This document shows, one piece after another, positions 16,529 through 24,000 of a DNA stretch of 24,000 nucleotides. The position numbers and the translations under genes were made by a program. The DNA is taken from assembly GCA_965119215.1 (NCBI GenBank), contig CBCPKK010000005.1, positions 246,208 to 270,207 of the forward strand, read 5' to 3'. The notes under the pieces are model-generated. The model had not been told where the DNA came from and ran no database searches. It was given only the letters and a program-made list of their open reading frames with translations. Each line of letters starts with the position of its first letter. Position 1 is the stretch's first letter. This DNA comes from an uncultured Buttiauxella sp. GTDB taxonomy: Bacteria; Pseudomonadota; Gammaproteobacteria; Enterobacterales; Enterobacteriaceae.

Positions 16529-17521
16529 ATGAAGTACCAGCGCATTACATTGCAGGACATTGCCGCCCTTGCCGGGGTGACAAAAATGACCGTCAGCCGT
16601 TATTTGCGCACGCCGGATAAAGTCGCACCGGAAACAGCGGCCCGCATCGCCGAAGTCATGGCGGAAGTTAATTATATGCCAGACCCTGAAAACAGGGCGT
16701 TGGCGAGCAATATGCAGCCGCGTATTGGCGTGATTATTCCTTCTTTTAATAACCAGATTTTTGCCGATTTACTGGCGGGTATTGAATCCGTAACAAAGCA
16801 AATGGGCTACCAGACTCTGGTGGTTAACTATGATTACGACCGTGAACGTGAAGAAGAACAAATAGCGACGGTATTGGGTTTTAACGTCGCTGGGTTAATT
16901 TTGACCGAAACGGTGCACACACTACGAGCCGAGAAGTATTTAACCGCCGCCGGAATCCCCGTTGCGGAAGTGATGGATTTAGTGGCAGGCAGCGGGCGTA
17001 TTAACGTCGGCTTTGATAATTTCCGCGCCGGATTCGATATGACCAATATGCTGATTGCCAGCGGCAAGAAGCGAATCATCTATTTGGGCTCGATGGCCGA
17101 TGTGCGGGATATCAAACGCTACGAAGGTTATTGCAAAGCCATGTCCGACGCGGGTTTAACAGATGGACGACTGCTGCCGAACAAAGTTTCTTCCGTAAGC
17201 ATTGGCACCGGAATGATGGCGATGGCGCGCCAGATGTACCCGGATATGGACGGCATTTTGTGTACCAATGACGACCTTGCTGCCGGTGTGTTGCAGGAAT
17301 GTCTTGCCGCTAATATTCGTGTCCCGGAACAGATTGGCATCGCCGGTTTCCATGGGCTGGAAATTGGCCAGGTTACAGTGCCTAAACTTGCCAGTGTGGT
17401 GACGCCACGCTTCGAGATGGGCAAGGTCGCCACGGAAATTTTACTTAAGAAAATCAATAAACAACCCACTATCGAACAGGTTGATTTGCACTATCGCCTG
17501 TCACTGGGCGGCACGCTGTAG
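16529..17521 (+). CDS. LacI-family transcriptional repressor of the GntR/IdnR subgroup
   Basis: 330 aa from MKYQRITLQDIAALAGVTKMTVSRYLRTP (HTH). It aligns along its length with E. coli GntR as recalled (GIESVT, GLILTE, VGFDNF, LCTNDDLA, IAGFHG, LASVVTPR). AGGAAA SD upstream of the ATG at 16529; the 348-aa extension lacks support. Confidence 0.9.
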   Translation: MKYQRITLQDIAALAGVTKMTVSRYLRTPDKVAPETAARIAEVMAEVNYMPDPENRALASNMQPRIGVIIPSFNNQIFADLLAGIESVTKQMGYQTLVVNYDYDREREEEQIATVLGFNVAGLILTETVHTLRAEKYLTAAGIPVAEVMDLVAGSGRINVGFDNFRAGFDMTNMLIASGKKRIIYLGSMADVRDIKRYEGYCKAMSDAGLTDGRLLPNKVSSVSIGTGMMAMARQMYPDMDGILCTNDDLAAGVLQECLAANIRVPEQIGIAGFHGLEIGQVTVPKLASVVTPRFEMGKVATEILLKKINKQPTIEQVDLHYRLSLGGTL

Positions 17522-17545
17522 CCCTTAAATTGCTGAAGCGATCAC

Positions 17546-17559
17546 GCTAACGGTAACAC
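17546..17559. promoter_or_regulatory. Possible third GntR-type operator upstream of the 2-hydroxyacid dehydrogenase gene
   Basis: gctaacggtaacac matches gataccggtaacat (6214-6227) at 11/14 positions, with the right half-site GGTAACA intact. It lies about 107 nt upstream of the ATG at 17666. Confidence 0.3.
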
Positions 17560-17665
17560 GGTTTTCTAACATGGAATCACGTGACCTGCGTCGCAAAACC
17601 CTGCGCTTAAAACGGTTTTGATGTTAAGCAGAAATTTTGACTTAACTGACTTAACCGGGGGACCG

Positions 17666-18613
17666 ATGTCACAACCTACCCAACACGTATTATTGATTGC
17701 TCCAGTGATGGATGCGCTCCAGCAACAACTGGACGCGCATTACACTGTTCATCGCCTTTACCAGCAGCCTGATGCCGCAGCCTGGCTTACGGACAACGGC
17801 GCACAAATTGGTGCGGTAGTGACGCGGGGCGATGTTGGCGTGACCACCGCCGTACTGGAAAACCTGCCTTATGTCGGCGTGATTGCTATTTTCGGTGTTG
17901 GTACGGATGCGGTGGATTTGGATTATGCTCGCCGCCGCGATATCGCCGTTACCATCACAGCCGGAGCGTTGACTGATGATGTTGCCGACCTGGCATTTGG
18001 ATTGTTACTGAGCAGCGCCCGCCAACTCTGCCTGGGTGACCGCTTTGTGCGTGAAGGCCGCTGGCTACAAGAAAGCCCGGCGTTAGCAACACAGGTGAGC
18101 CGCAAACGCATCGGTATTTTCGGCATGGGGAATATTGGCCGTGCCATTGCCCGCCGTGCCAGCGGATTTGATATGGATATTTATTACACTGACCGCCAGG
18201 CCGATAACTCGCTGCCGTATCACTGGTGTGATGATGTATTGAGTCTTGCCGAGAATAGCGACTTTTTTGTTGTCGCCGTTTCCGGTGGCAAAGCAAGCCA
18301 GGGAATAGTGAACCGTGACGTATTCCAGGCGCTGCCCAATCATGCTCTGATCATTAATATTGCCCGTGGCAGTATTATCAATGAACAAGATTTAATTACG
18401 GCGTTACAAAATGGTGATATCGCCGGTGCCGGGCTTGATGTTTTTGTTAATGAGCCAAACGTCCCTACGGAATTAATTGAAATGGATAATGTGGTATTGC
18501 AACCGCATGTCGCCAGCGCTACGCATGAAACCCGTCAGCGCATGAGTAATATCGTGTTTGAAAATGTTCAGGCTTATTTAAACGGACAGCCGTTACCGCA
18601 TCGCATAAATTAA
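17666..18613 (+). CDS. D-isomer-specific 2-hydroxyacid dehydrogenase (glyoxylate/hydroxypyruvate/2-ketogluconate reductase-like)
   Basis: 315 aa from MSQPTQHVLLIAPV. NAD-binding GIFGMGNIGRAIARRA; catalytic Arg/Glu/His context NIARGSIINEQDL, GLDVFVNEP, LQPHVASAT. GGGGGA SD upstream of the ATG at 17666. Confidence 0.88.
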   Translation: MSQPTQHVLLIAPVMDALQQQLDAHYTVHRLYQQPDAAAWLTDNGAQIGAVVTRGDVGVTTAVLENLPYVGVIAIFGVGTDAVDLDYARRRDIAVTITAGALTDDVADLAFGLLLSSARQLCLGDRFVREGRWLQESPALATQVSRKRIGIFGMGNIGRAIARRASGFDMDIYYTDRQADNSLPYHWCDDVLSLAENSDFFVVAVSGGKASQGIVNRDVFQALPNHALIINIARGSIINEQDLITALQNGDIAGAGLDVFVNEPNVPTELIEMDNVVLQPHVASATHETRQRMSNIVFENVQAYLNGQPLPHRIN

Positions 18614-18671
18614 TCATACCGGCGCCCTTTATTGAAAAGGGCAATGACTTTTATTGTCACGGAACAATACC

Positions 18672-19979
18672 ATGGAAAAGAAAATCCCCGGCACTCGTTG
18701 GTGGCGTGTGGTTGCGCCTATTTTAATCGCCTGCATTATTTCCTTTATGGACAGGGTGAATATTAGTTTTGCGCTTCCTGGCGGAATGGAAGCTGATTTA
18801 GGTATTACCAGCCAAATGGCGGGGCTCACCAGCGGGATATTTTTTATCGGCTATCTTTTTTTGCAGATCCCCGGTGGGCGTGCGGCAGTCAACGGCAGCG
18901 GTAAACGTTTTATTGCGTGGTCGCTGATAGCCTGGGCGATAGTGTCCGTCGCGACAGGGTTTGTCACCAATCACTACCAAGTTTTGGTGCTGCGTTTTGT
19001 GCTCGGTGTGGCTGAGGGCGGCATGTTGCCCGTGGTGCTGACGATGATCAGCAACTGGTTCCCGGACAAAGAAATCGGGCGCGCGAATGCTTTTGTGATG
19101 ATGTTTGCCCCGATTGGCGGCATGGTTACCGCCCCAATTTCTGGTGCGATTATTCAGAGCCTGGACTGGCGCTGGCTGTTCATCATCGAAGGCTTGTTGT
19201 CGATTGTGGTGCTGGCGGTGTGGTGGCTGCTGATTAGCGACCGTCCGCAGGAAGCGCGTTGGTTACCGGCGGCAGAACGTGAATATCTGTTGGCAGAACT
19301 GGAAAGCGACCGTCAGGCGCGCAGCCTGAAACAACCGGTGAGCAAAGCGCCGTTGCGGGATGTGTTCCGTAACAGCAGTTTAATGAAGCTGGTGGCGCTT
19401 AACTTTTTCTATCAAACCGGTGATTACGGCTACACGCTGTGGCTGCCGACAATCCTGAAAAATCTGACCGGTGCGAACATGGCAGGTGTCGGGCTGCTGG
19501 CAATCGTCCCGTTTGTCGCAACGATTATTGGGATTTACGTGATTTCGACACTCAGCGATAAGACCGGCAAACGCCGTTTTTGGGTGATGGTTTCACTGTT
19601 GTGCTTTGCCGCAGCTCTTCTGGCCTCGGTCGTTTTACGTCATAACATTGTGGCGGCATATATCGCGCTAGTGGTATGCGGGTTCTTCCTGAAAGCGGCA
19701 ACCAGTCCTTTCTGGTCGATTCCTGGCCGAATTGCATCGCCGGAAGTGGCGGGTGGTGCGCGCGGTGTGATCAATGGTTTAGGGAATTTGGGCGGTTTCT
19801 GCGGCCCGTGGCTGGTGGGGATGATGATCTATCTCTACGGGCAAAACGTGGCGGTATGCGCCCTGGCGGGATCGCTTGTGATCGCAGCCTTGATTACCCT
19901 GACGTTGCCAAAGAACTGCGATCTGACGCCGGAGAAGGATCGTAAGCCAGTCGCAGATGAAGCACGTGTTACAGGCTAA
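18672..19979 (+). CDS. MFS transporter, anion:cation symporter (ACS) family (sugar-acid/ketoacid transporter-like)
   Basis: 435 aa from MEKKIPGTRWWRVVAPILIACIISFMDRVNISFALP (ACS-family N-terminal motif), with about 12 predicted hydrophobic spans. The ATG at 18672 is preferred over the TTG at 18654. Confidence 0.85.
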   Translation: MEKKIPGTRWWRVVAPILIACIISFMDRVNISFALPGGMEADLGITSQMAGLTSGIFFIGYLFLQIPGGRAAVNGSGKRFIAWSLIAWAIVSVATGFVTNHYQVLVLRFVLGVAEGGMLPVVLTMISNWFPDKEIGRANAFVMMFAPIGGMVTAPISGAIIQSLDWRWLFIIEGLLSIVVLAVWWLLISDRPQEARWLPAAEREYLLAELESDRQARSLKQPVSKAPLRDVFRNSSLMKLVALNFFYQTGDYGYTLWLPTILKNLTGANMAGVGLLAIVPFVATIIGIYVISTLSDKTGKRRFWVMVSLLCFAAALLASVVLRHNIVAAYIALVVCGFFLKAATSPFWSIPGRIASPEVAGGARGVINGLGNLGGFCGPWLVGMMIYLYGQNVAVCALAGSLVIAALITLTLPKNCDLTPEKDRKPVADEARVTG

Positions 19980-20783
19980 TCAATAACCTACAGCATCCAG
20001 GCGGAACTGTTTGGCGCAGTTGCCTGGATTTTTTTGTGTCGCAAATGAGTCTTCGTTCAACGGGCCGTTAATTTTGGCCGCATCAAGCGAGATTTGCATT
20101 TCTGTCAGATAAGCCGGATTACCGTTACAGGTTAATTTCACGGCTTTAACCGCATCACTTCCCCAGCTTTTATCCAGCGCTTTATTGAACGCTTTTCGCG
20201 TGACCATTTTGCCGTAGTTTTCTGCCAAAAACGTACCGAAAGCGCTTTGTTTAAATTCAGTATTCAGGCGAACCATGGTGCCGAAATAGGCATTGGGGTC
20301 AAAACCAAAACACGCGCCATGTTTGGCAAATTCATAACGCTCAAGGCACGACTGGCCGCCAGCACCGGGCATAACGCCTGCGAGTTTAGTCGCAATATCT
20401 GTCGATAGTGCAGGGGCTGGAGCCTGGCATTTCTGCGAGCCGCGAGCTTCTGCCATGTTAGGCACTGGACGGGTTGAACAACCGTATCGCATCCAACGTT
20501 TTTCATCCACGCCTCTTGATGCCACTGATTTTGGCAAGCCAGGCCACAGGCCATGCACGGTCAAAAACGCGCGTTTATCGTCCTGCTCCTGCTGCGTTTT
20601 GCACTCGGCAGGTTCGTTGCGGTTGCGCTCATGCATGCTCTGGCAGAAACCCGTTTGCCAGGACAGTGCCAGCACGTAGCGGTCGAAATCGGCATATTGT
20701 TTAGGCTGGAGAGGTTCAGCGTGGGCAGTAAAGCTGGTGATGCAGGCGAGAGAGAGCAGTGCGGTTTGGCAGGTGAATTTCAT
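19980..20783 (-). CDS. rna: Periplasmic ribonuclease I (RNase T2 family)
   Basis: 267 aa with signal peptide MKFTCQTALLSLACITSFTAHA. YDRYVLALSWQTGFCQ, FLTVHGLWPGLPKS (CAS I His) and LERYEFAKHGACFGFDP (CAS II His) are colinear with E. coli Rna as recalled. Confidence 0.92.
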   Translation of the reverse strand: MKFTCQTALLSLACITSFTAHAEPLQPKQYADFDRYVLALSWQTGFCQSMHERNRNEPAECKTQQEQDDKRAFLTVHGLWPGLPKSVASRGVDEKRWMRYGCSTRPVPNMAEARGSQKCQAPAPALSTDIATKLAGVMPGAGGQSCLERYEFAKHGACFGFDPNAYFGTMVRLNTEFKQSAFGTFLAENYGKMVTRKAFNKALDKSWGSDAVKAVKLTCNGNPAYLTEMQISLDAAKINGPLNEDSFATQKNPGNCAKQFRLDAVGY

Positions 20784-20823
20784 GCCTTTCTCATTCAGTT
20801 AGATGATGATTCCTTATTTAATC

Positions 20824-20852
20824 ATAAAAAAAGCGCCTCGATGAGACGCTTT
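20824..20852 (-). terminator. Rho-independent terminator of citT
   Basis: The minus-strand RNA reads AAGCGUCUC-AUC-GAGGCGCUU (9 bp including one G-U) followed by UUUUUUAUGAUU. It lies 20 nt after the citT stop. Confidence 0.7.
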
Positions 20853-20871
20853 ATTCTGAATGAGAGCAGGG

Positions 20872-22335
20872 TTAGCTCCACAACGCCAGAATCCGCCAGC
20901 CAACGCACAGCAGCATGGTGATATAGATAACCCCAAAGATGGCGCCCAGACGCCAGTAATCCTTCGATTTCACATAGCCGCAGCCGTAGATAATTACGCC
21001 AGGCCCGGTGGCATACGGCGTCAGGCAGCCCATGATCCCGATGGACAGCACCAGCAAAATACACAGGTGTTCCATTGGCACGCCCGGAATGCCTTTACCG
21101 ACGGCGAGGATCACCGGGAGCATGGTGGCGGTGTGCGCAGACAGGCTGGCAAACAGATAGTGAGCAAAATAGAACACCAGCACCAGCACGATGACGGTGC
21201 CATTAGCCGAGAAACCTTCCAGATGCGTACTCATAGTGCTGGCAAACCAGTCGATAAAACCGGAACGGGTCAGGCCGCTTGCCATCACCACTAAGGTTGC
21301 CAGGTTAACCAGCGTGTTCCACGCGCTGTTGTATTTGGTGATGTCTTTCCACGGCACAACGTGCAGCGCCAGCATCAGCGAAACCGCCAGCAGGCCGACC
21401 GCCGTGGCGTCAATAAAGTCGCCGCCAAACACCCACAGGCCAAGGCTCAGTAGTACTAAACCAATCAGCGTGATTTCTTTGCGCGTCAGGCTGCCCATCT
21501 CTTTTAGTGCTTCGCTCGCCCAGCCAGAGACTTCTTCGCTGTGTGTGATTTCAGGTTTGTACAGCACGTAAGAAAGCCACGGAGCCACGATAAGCAGGAT
21601 TATCCCGACAGGCAGGAAACTCAGGAACCACTGCAACCAGCTAATGTGGATACCGGCGATTTTGCTGACAAATTCTAACCCCAGCACATTGGGTGCTGCA
21701 CCTGTCACGAACATCGAAGAACTCAGGCTGGTACTGATCACCATCATCCACATCAGGTAGCCGCCGATGCGTTTAGAAGAAGGGTCATTCGGGAAGGATT
21801 TGAACAGCGGCGGCAGGTTTTTGATTACCGGGAATACGGTTCCGCCAGTACGCGCTGTGTTGGACGGCGTAAACGGTGCGAGCAGAATATCGATAATGAC
21901 AATCGCGTAGCCCAGCGTTAGCGTGCGTTTTCCCATGAATTTCACCATAAAGAGCGCGATGCGGCGCCCCAGTCCGGTGACTTCATAGCCCAGTGCAAAG
22001 ATGAACGCGCCAAACACCAGCCAGACGGTGGTGCTGGAGAAACCTGCCAGCCCCCATTTCAGCGCCTGTTTTCCGGCGTCAAAAGTGGGGTCAGCCAGTT
22101 CTTTTGCATCGAACAGCAGATAGTTGCTGCCGATAACGCAAATCGTGACGGCGATAAAGCTGATTGCCGTTGCCGGAATCGGCTCCAGAATCATGCCGAT
22201 AATCATGGCGACAAAGACAGCAAAGTAGTGCCACGCCTGCGGAGGCATGCCGTCGGGTACCGGAATAAGCAGCATCACGGCCATCACCAGTAACGGGGCC
22301 AGTAACTTCCATATTTTATCTTTTGAAACAGACAT
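20872..22335 (-). CDS. citT: Citrate:succinate antiporter (DASS family)
   Basis: 487 aa. [45 protein letters not shown]... is near-identical over long stretches to E. coli CitT as recalled. Confidence 0.95.
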   Translation of the reverse strand: MSVSKDKIWKLLAPLLVMAVMLLIPVPDGMPPQAWHYFAVFVAMIIGMILEPIPATAISFIAVTICVIGSNYLLFDAKELADPTFDAGKQALKWGLAGFSSTTVWLVFGAFIFALGYEVTGLGRRIALFMVKFMGKRTLTLGYAIVIIDILLAPFTPSNTARTGGTVFPVIKNLPPLFKSFPNDPSSKRIGGYLMWMMVISTSLSSSMFVTGAAPNVLGLEFVSKIAGIHISWLQWFLSFLPVGIILLIVAPWLSYVLYKPEITHSEEVSGWASEALKEMGSLTRKEITLIGLVLLSLGLWVFGGDFIDATAVGLLAVSLMLALHVVPWKDITKYNSAWNTLVNLATLVVMASGLTRSGFIDWFASTMSTHLEGFSANGTVIVLVLVFYFAHYLFASLSAHTATMLPVILAVGKGIPGVPMEHLCILLVLSIGIMGCLTPYATGPGVIIYGCGYVKSKDYWRLGAIFGVIYITMLLCVGWRILALWS

Positions 22336-23254
22336 AACTGATTCTCCAGGAAGGATTTATTATTGATTTAGGGGATAACTTGAGGTGGGTCATTTCGTTT
22401 AAAAACCAGGTGGCAATCAGCAAGTCGGCGCAGCCTCCGGGGCTGAGGTTGCGCTCAATGCACATCTGGTTGAATTCATGCAGATGGCGCAGGTTAGCCA
22501 CTTTTTGAATGCCGCCCTGGGCCAGTAATATTTTTGCGTGCTGCTGCAACCAGTTCAGACCCGCAACACCGCCGCGCGAAGCCACGTTGGTATCGTTGTT
22601 GTGCGCCATCAACACCAGCAAGGTGTCGAGCAAAGCGAGTTCAGGGTCGGTTCCCGCCGCAAGCCGGGCGCGGTAATGCGGCAGGGCAAGATTGAGCACA
22701 AGCGGATAACCGGCTTCGGCTTCGCCGCGTGCGCCAGTCATACCCATTTGCCGGTAAAGACGCTGGCCTGCGGTTTGCTGGTGGTTCGGCTTTTGCAGCT
22801 CGCGCTCGGTCAAGCCCTGGCAAATTGCCGCGATTGTGTTGCCGATTTGCTCCGGCGTAACGAGCTGCTGGTTTTGCAGCAACCGGCCGATTGCGGCGCA
22901 CATCAATCCCAACGAAAAAATGGTGCCTTTATGGGTATTTACGCCAGCCGTGGCGCGGAACATTTCCGCCTCGCAAGCGATGCCAATTGGGCGCAGGTCT
23001 GCAAGCACTTCGCTTTCTGGCAGGGCAGCACTCTGCGCACCTGATTCCACGAAACGAGGCAGCCAAAGACGGATGGCCTGCGCGCTGCGATGAAAATCCG
23101 TCAGCGACATATCTTTGTGCGCGCCGCAGTCAAATCTGTCCACTAGCCCAGGTTTTGGGGATAAATTCACTTCCGCGAGCATCGCGCGCCAGGCCAGATC
23201 GCAGACATCAGCAATGCTTGCTGTATCAACCGTGAGCCGCGTTTTCTGCATCAT
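22316..23254 (-). CDS. citG: Triphosphoribosyl-dephospho-CoA synthase
   Basis: 312 aa from [10 protein letters not shown]... [58 protein letters not shown] and [10 protein letters not shown] align with E. coli CitG. The start (23254 or 23251) overlaps the citX 3' end, and the 3' end overlaps the citT start by 20 nt. Confidence 0.88.
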   Translation of the reverse strand: MMQKTRLTVDTASIADVCDLAWRAMLAEVNLSPKPGLVDRFDCGAHKDMSLTDFHRSAQAIRLWLPRFVESGAQSAALPESEVLADLRPIGIACEAEMFRATAGVNTHKGTIFSLGLMCAAIGRLLQNQQLVTPEQIGNTIAAICQGLTERELQKPNHQQTAGQRLYRQMGMTGARGEAEAGYPLVLNLALPHYRARLAAGTDPELALLDTLLVLMAHNNDTNVASRGGVAGLNWLQQHAKILLAQGGIQKVANLRHLHEFNQMCIERNLSPGGCADLLIATWFLNEMTHLKLSPKSIINPSWRISYVCFKR

Positions 23255-23777
23255 GCAGCATGGCCTCCATGTGGGCGATGAGGTCTGCAAGCGGGTGAGT
23301 TTGTTCATGGGCGCAAATTGCCGCAGAGCGCTGGCAAATCAGGCAGTTTCTTGGCGGCTGGTCGAAGTCGCTGCGTGAAAGAATTTTGCCGTGTGGCTCC
23401 AGAACATCGATATCCCAAAGCCTGCCGAGCGGATGTGTCTGCTCAAGCTCCATCGCCATTCGTTTCACCTGATACGCTGGCGCATCAATGGCGAGCAAAC
23501 CTTCCGGGCCGGTTGGCAGGGCAAGGCTGATTTGCTTTTTGATTTCCCAGGCCGATTGCTCTGTCAGTTGCCGCAGTGCGCGCAGGCCGTGGTTAAAAAT
23601 ACGGCGTGTGAGTTCGCTATCTTTAACCGGGCCGGGTACTACGACGGTAAACGAAATCAGAGTAATGGCGTGGTGCTCTAACCATTCCTGCTGCCGTGCC
23701 TGGCGGGCATCGCGGCTGGCGATAAGCTGCGGCAGAGTAATCACGGCGTGAGTGGCGGAAGTCAGGTAAAGAGGCAT
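23226..23777 (-). CDS. citX: Apo-citrate lyase phosphoribosyl-dephospho-CoA transferase (holo-ACP synthase)
   Basis: 183 aa. [35 protein letters not shown] and [12 protein letters not shown] align with E. coli CitX (183 aa) as recalled. Confidence 0.9.
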   Translation of the reverse strand: MPLYLTSATHAVITLPQLIASRDARQARQQEWLEHHAITLISFTVVVPGPVKDSELTRRIFNHGLRALRQLTEQSAWEIKKQISLALPTGPEGLLAIDAPAYQVKRMAMELEQTHPLGRLWDIDVLEPHGKILSRSDFDQPPRNCLICQRSAAICAHEQTHPLADLIAHMEAMLHDAENAAHG

Positions 23778-23780
23778 GAT

Positions 23781-24000
23781 TTACTCCTTTACCTGACGCA
23801 CAACGTCGATAACCGAACCGTCGCGGTAACGCACTACGGCGATAACTCTGTCGGTAAATTCAATGGGCTGTGGCTTTCCGGTAAGGATCTCAGCGCGTTC
23901 GCGTAGCCATTCGATGGAAACGACTTTTATTCCGGCTGCTTTGAGGGTTTCCACCAATTCTGGGCGAGCAGGGTTTACCGCTATTCCATGGTCGGTTACG
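23781..24000 (-). CDS. citF: Citrate lyase alpha subunit (citrate CoA-transferase), 3' end only
   Basis: Hand translation of the minus strand gives ...VTDHGIAVNPARPELVETLKAAGIKVVSIEWLRERAEILTGKPQPIEFTDRVIAVVRYRDGSVIDVVRQVKE*, with stop at 23781-23783, 3 nt from the citX ATG. It matches the CitF C-terminus as recalled. It is absent from the ORF track because no start lies in the window. Confidence 0.85.
   Translation of the reverse strand, partial: VTDHGIAVNPARPELVETLKAAGIKVVSIEWLRERAEILTGKPQPIEFTDRVIAVVRYRDGSVIDVVRQVKE

Noticed and set aside
18624-18642. Hairpin gcccttt-attga-aaagggc between the dehydrogenase and MFS genes as a terminator
   Set aside because: It is a 7-bp stem with an interrupted, weak U-tail (aatgactttta). 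The genes are only 58 nt apart and probably co-transcribed, so at most it is a partial attenuator.
18653-18668. Dyad attgt-cacgga-acaat overlapping the MFS start region as a GntR-type operator
   Set aside because: The half-site spacing and sequence do not match the 6213-6241 operators. The 5-bp arms are easily explained by chance.
20264-23751. Shadow ORFs across rna, citT, citG and citX (for example 20860..21294+, 22538..23044+, 22891..23235+)
   Set aside because: They lie opposite or out of frame to genes with strong homology. Their Arg/Ala/Gln-rich composition is typical of antisense frames.
1-24000. Search by eye for CRISPR arrays, tRNA/rRNA genes, IS elements, integrases, toxin-antitoxin pairs and long direct repeats
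   Set aside because: I saw no regularly spaced repeats, no cloverleaf-like or rRNA-like segments, and no transposase/recombinase-like ORFs in the six-frame track. The largest intergenic gaps are about 200-300 bp or less and are accounted for by promoters, terminators and the repeat described. A computational scan (tRNAscan-SE, Infernal/Rfam, ISEScan) would be needed to be definitive.

Overview
Enterobacteriaceae-type chromosomal segment. Gene order and protein sequences resemble the E. coli rnk-rna-citTGXF neighbourhood (K-12 comparisons are from memory, not a search). I support 21 protein-coding genes; non-coding space is small. Left to right: (1) 1-4158 is the 3' ~4.2 kb of a very large, visibly AT-richer gene. 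It encodes an SF1/Upf1-like helicase fused to a Vsr/DUF559-like nuclease fold and a DUF3320-like tail. Its 5' end is outside the window. (2) rnk. (3) A ~15 kb block separates rnk from rna. It holds a GntP-family permease with two tandem GntR-type operators, a cofactor-free haloperoxidase-type alpha/beta hydrolase, a 50-aa orphan ORF, ypdC plus the fryB-fryC-ypdF-ypdE-fryA PTS/aminopeptidase operon, and a keto-sugar-acid module (DUF386 protein, IdnO-like reductase, GntR/IdnR-like LacI regulator, 2-hydroxyacid dehydrogenase, ACS-family MFS transporter). (4) rna, citT, citG, citX and the 3' end of citF. I found no rRNA, tRNA, CRISPR array, transposase, integrase or obvious att repeats. I cannot show a wholly undescribed system from the sequence alone. 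The best candidates for a second look are the truncated helicase-nuclease (defence-like, resembling the reported Hhe family, neighbours unseen), the orphan Fry PTS with two embedded aminopeptidases, and the apparently split gluconate/ketogluconate regulon.
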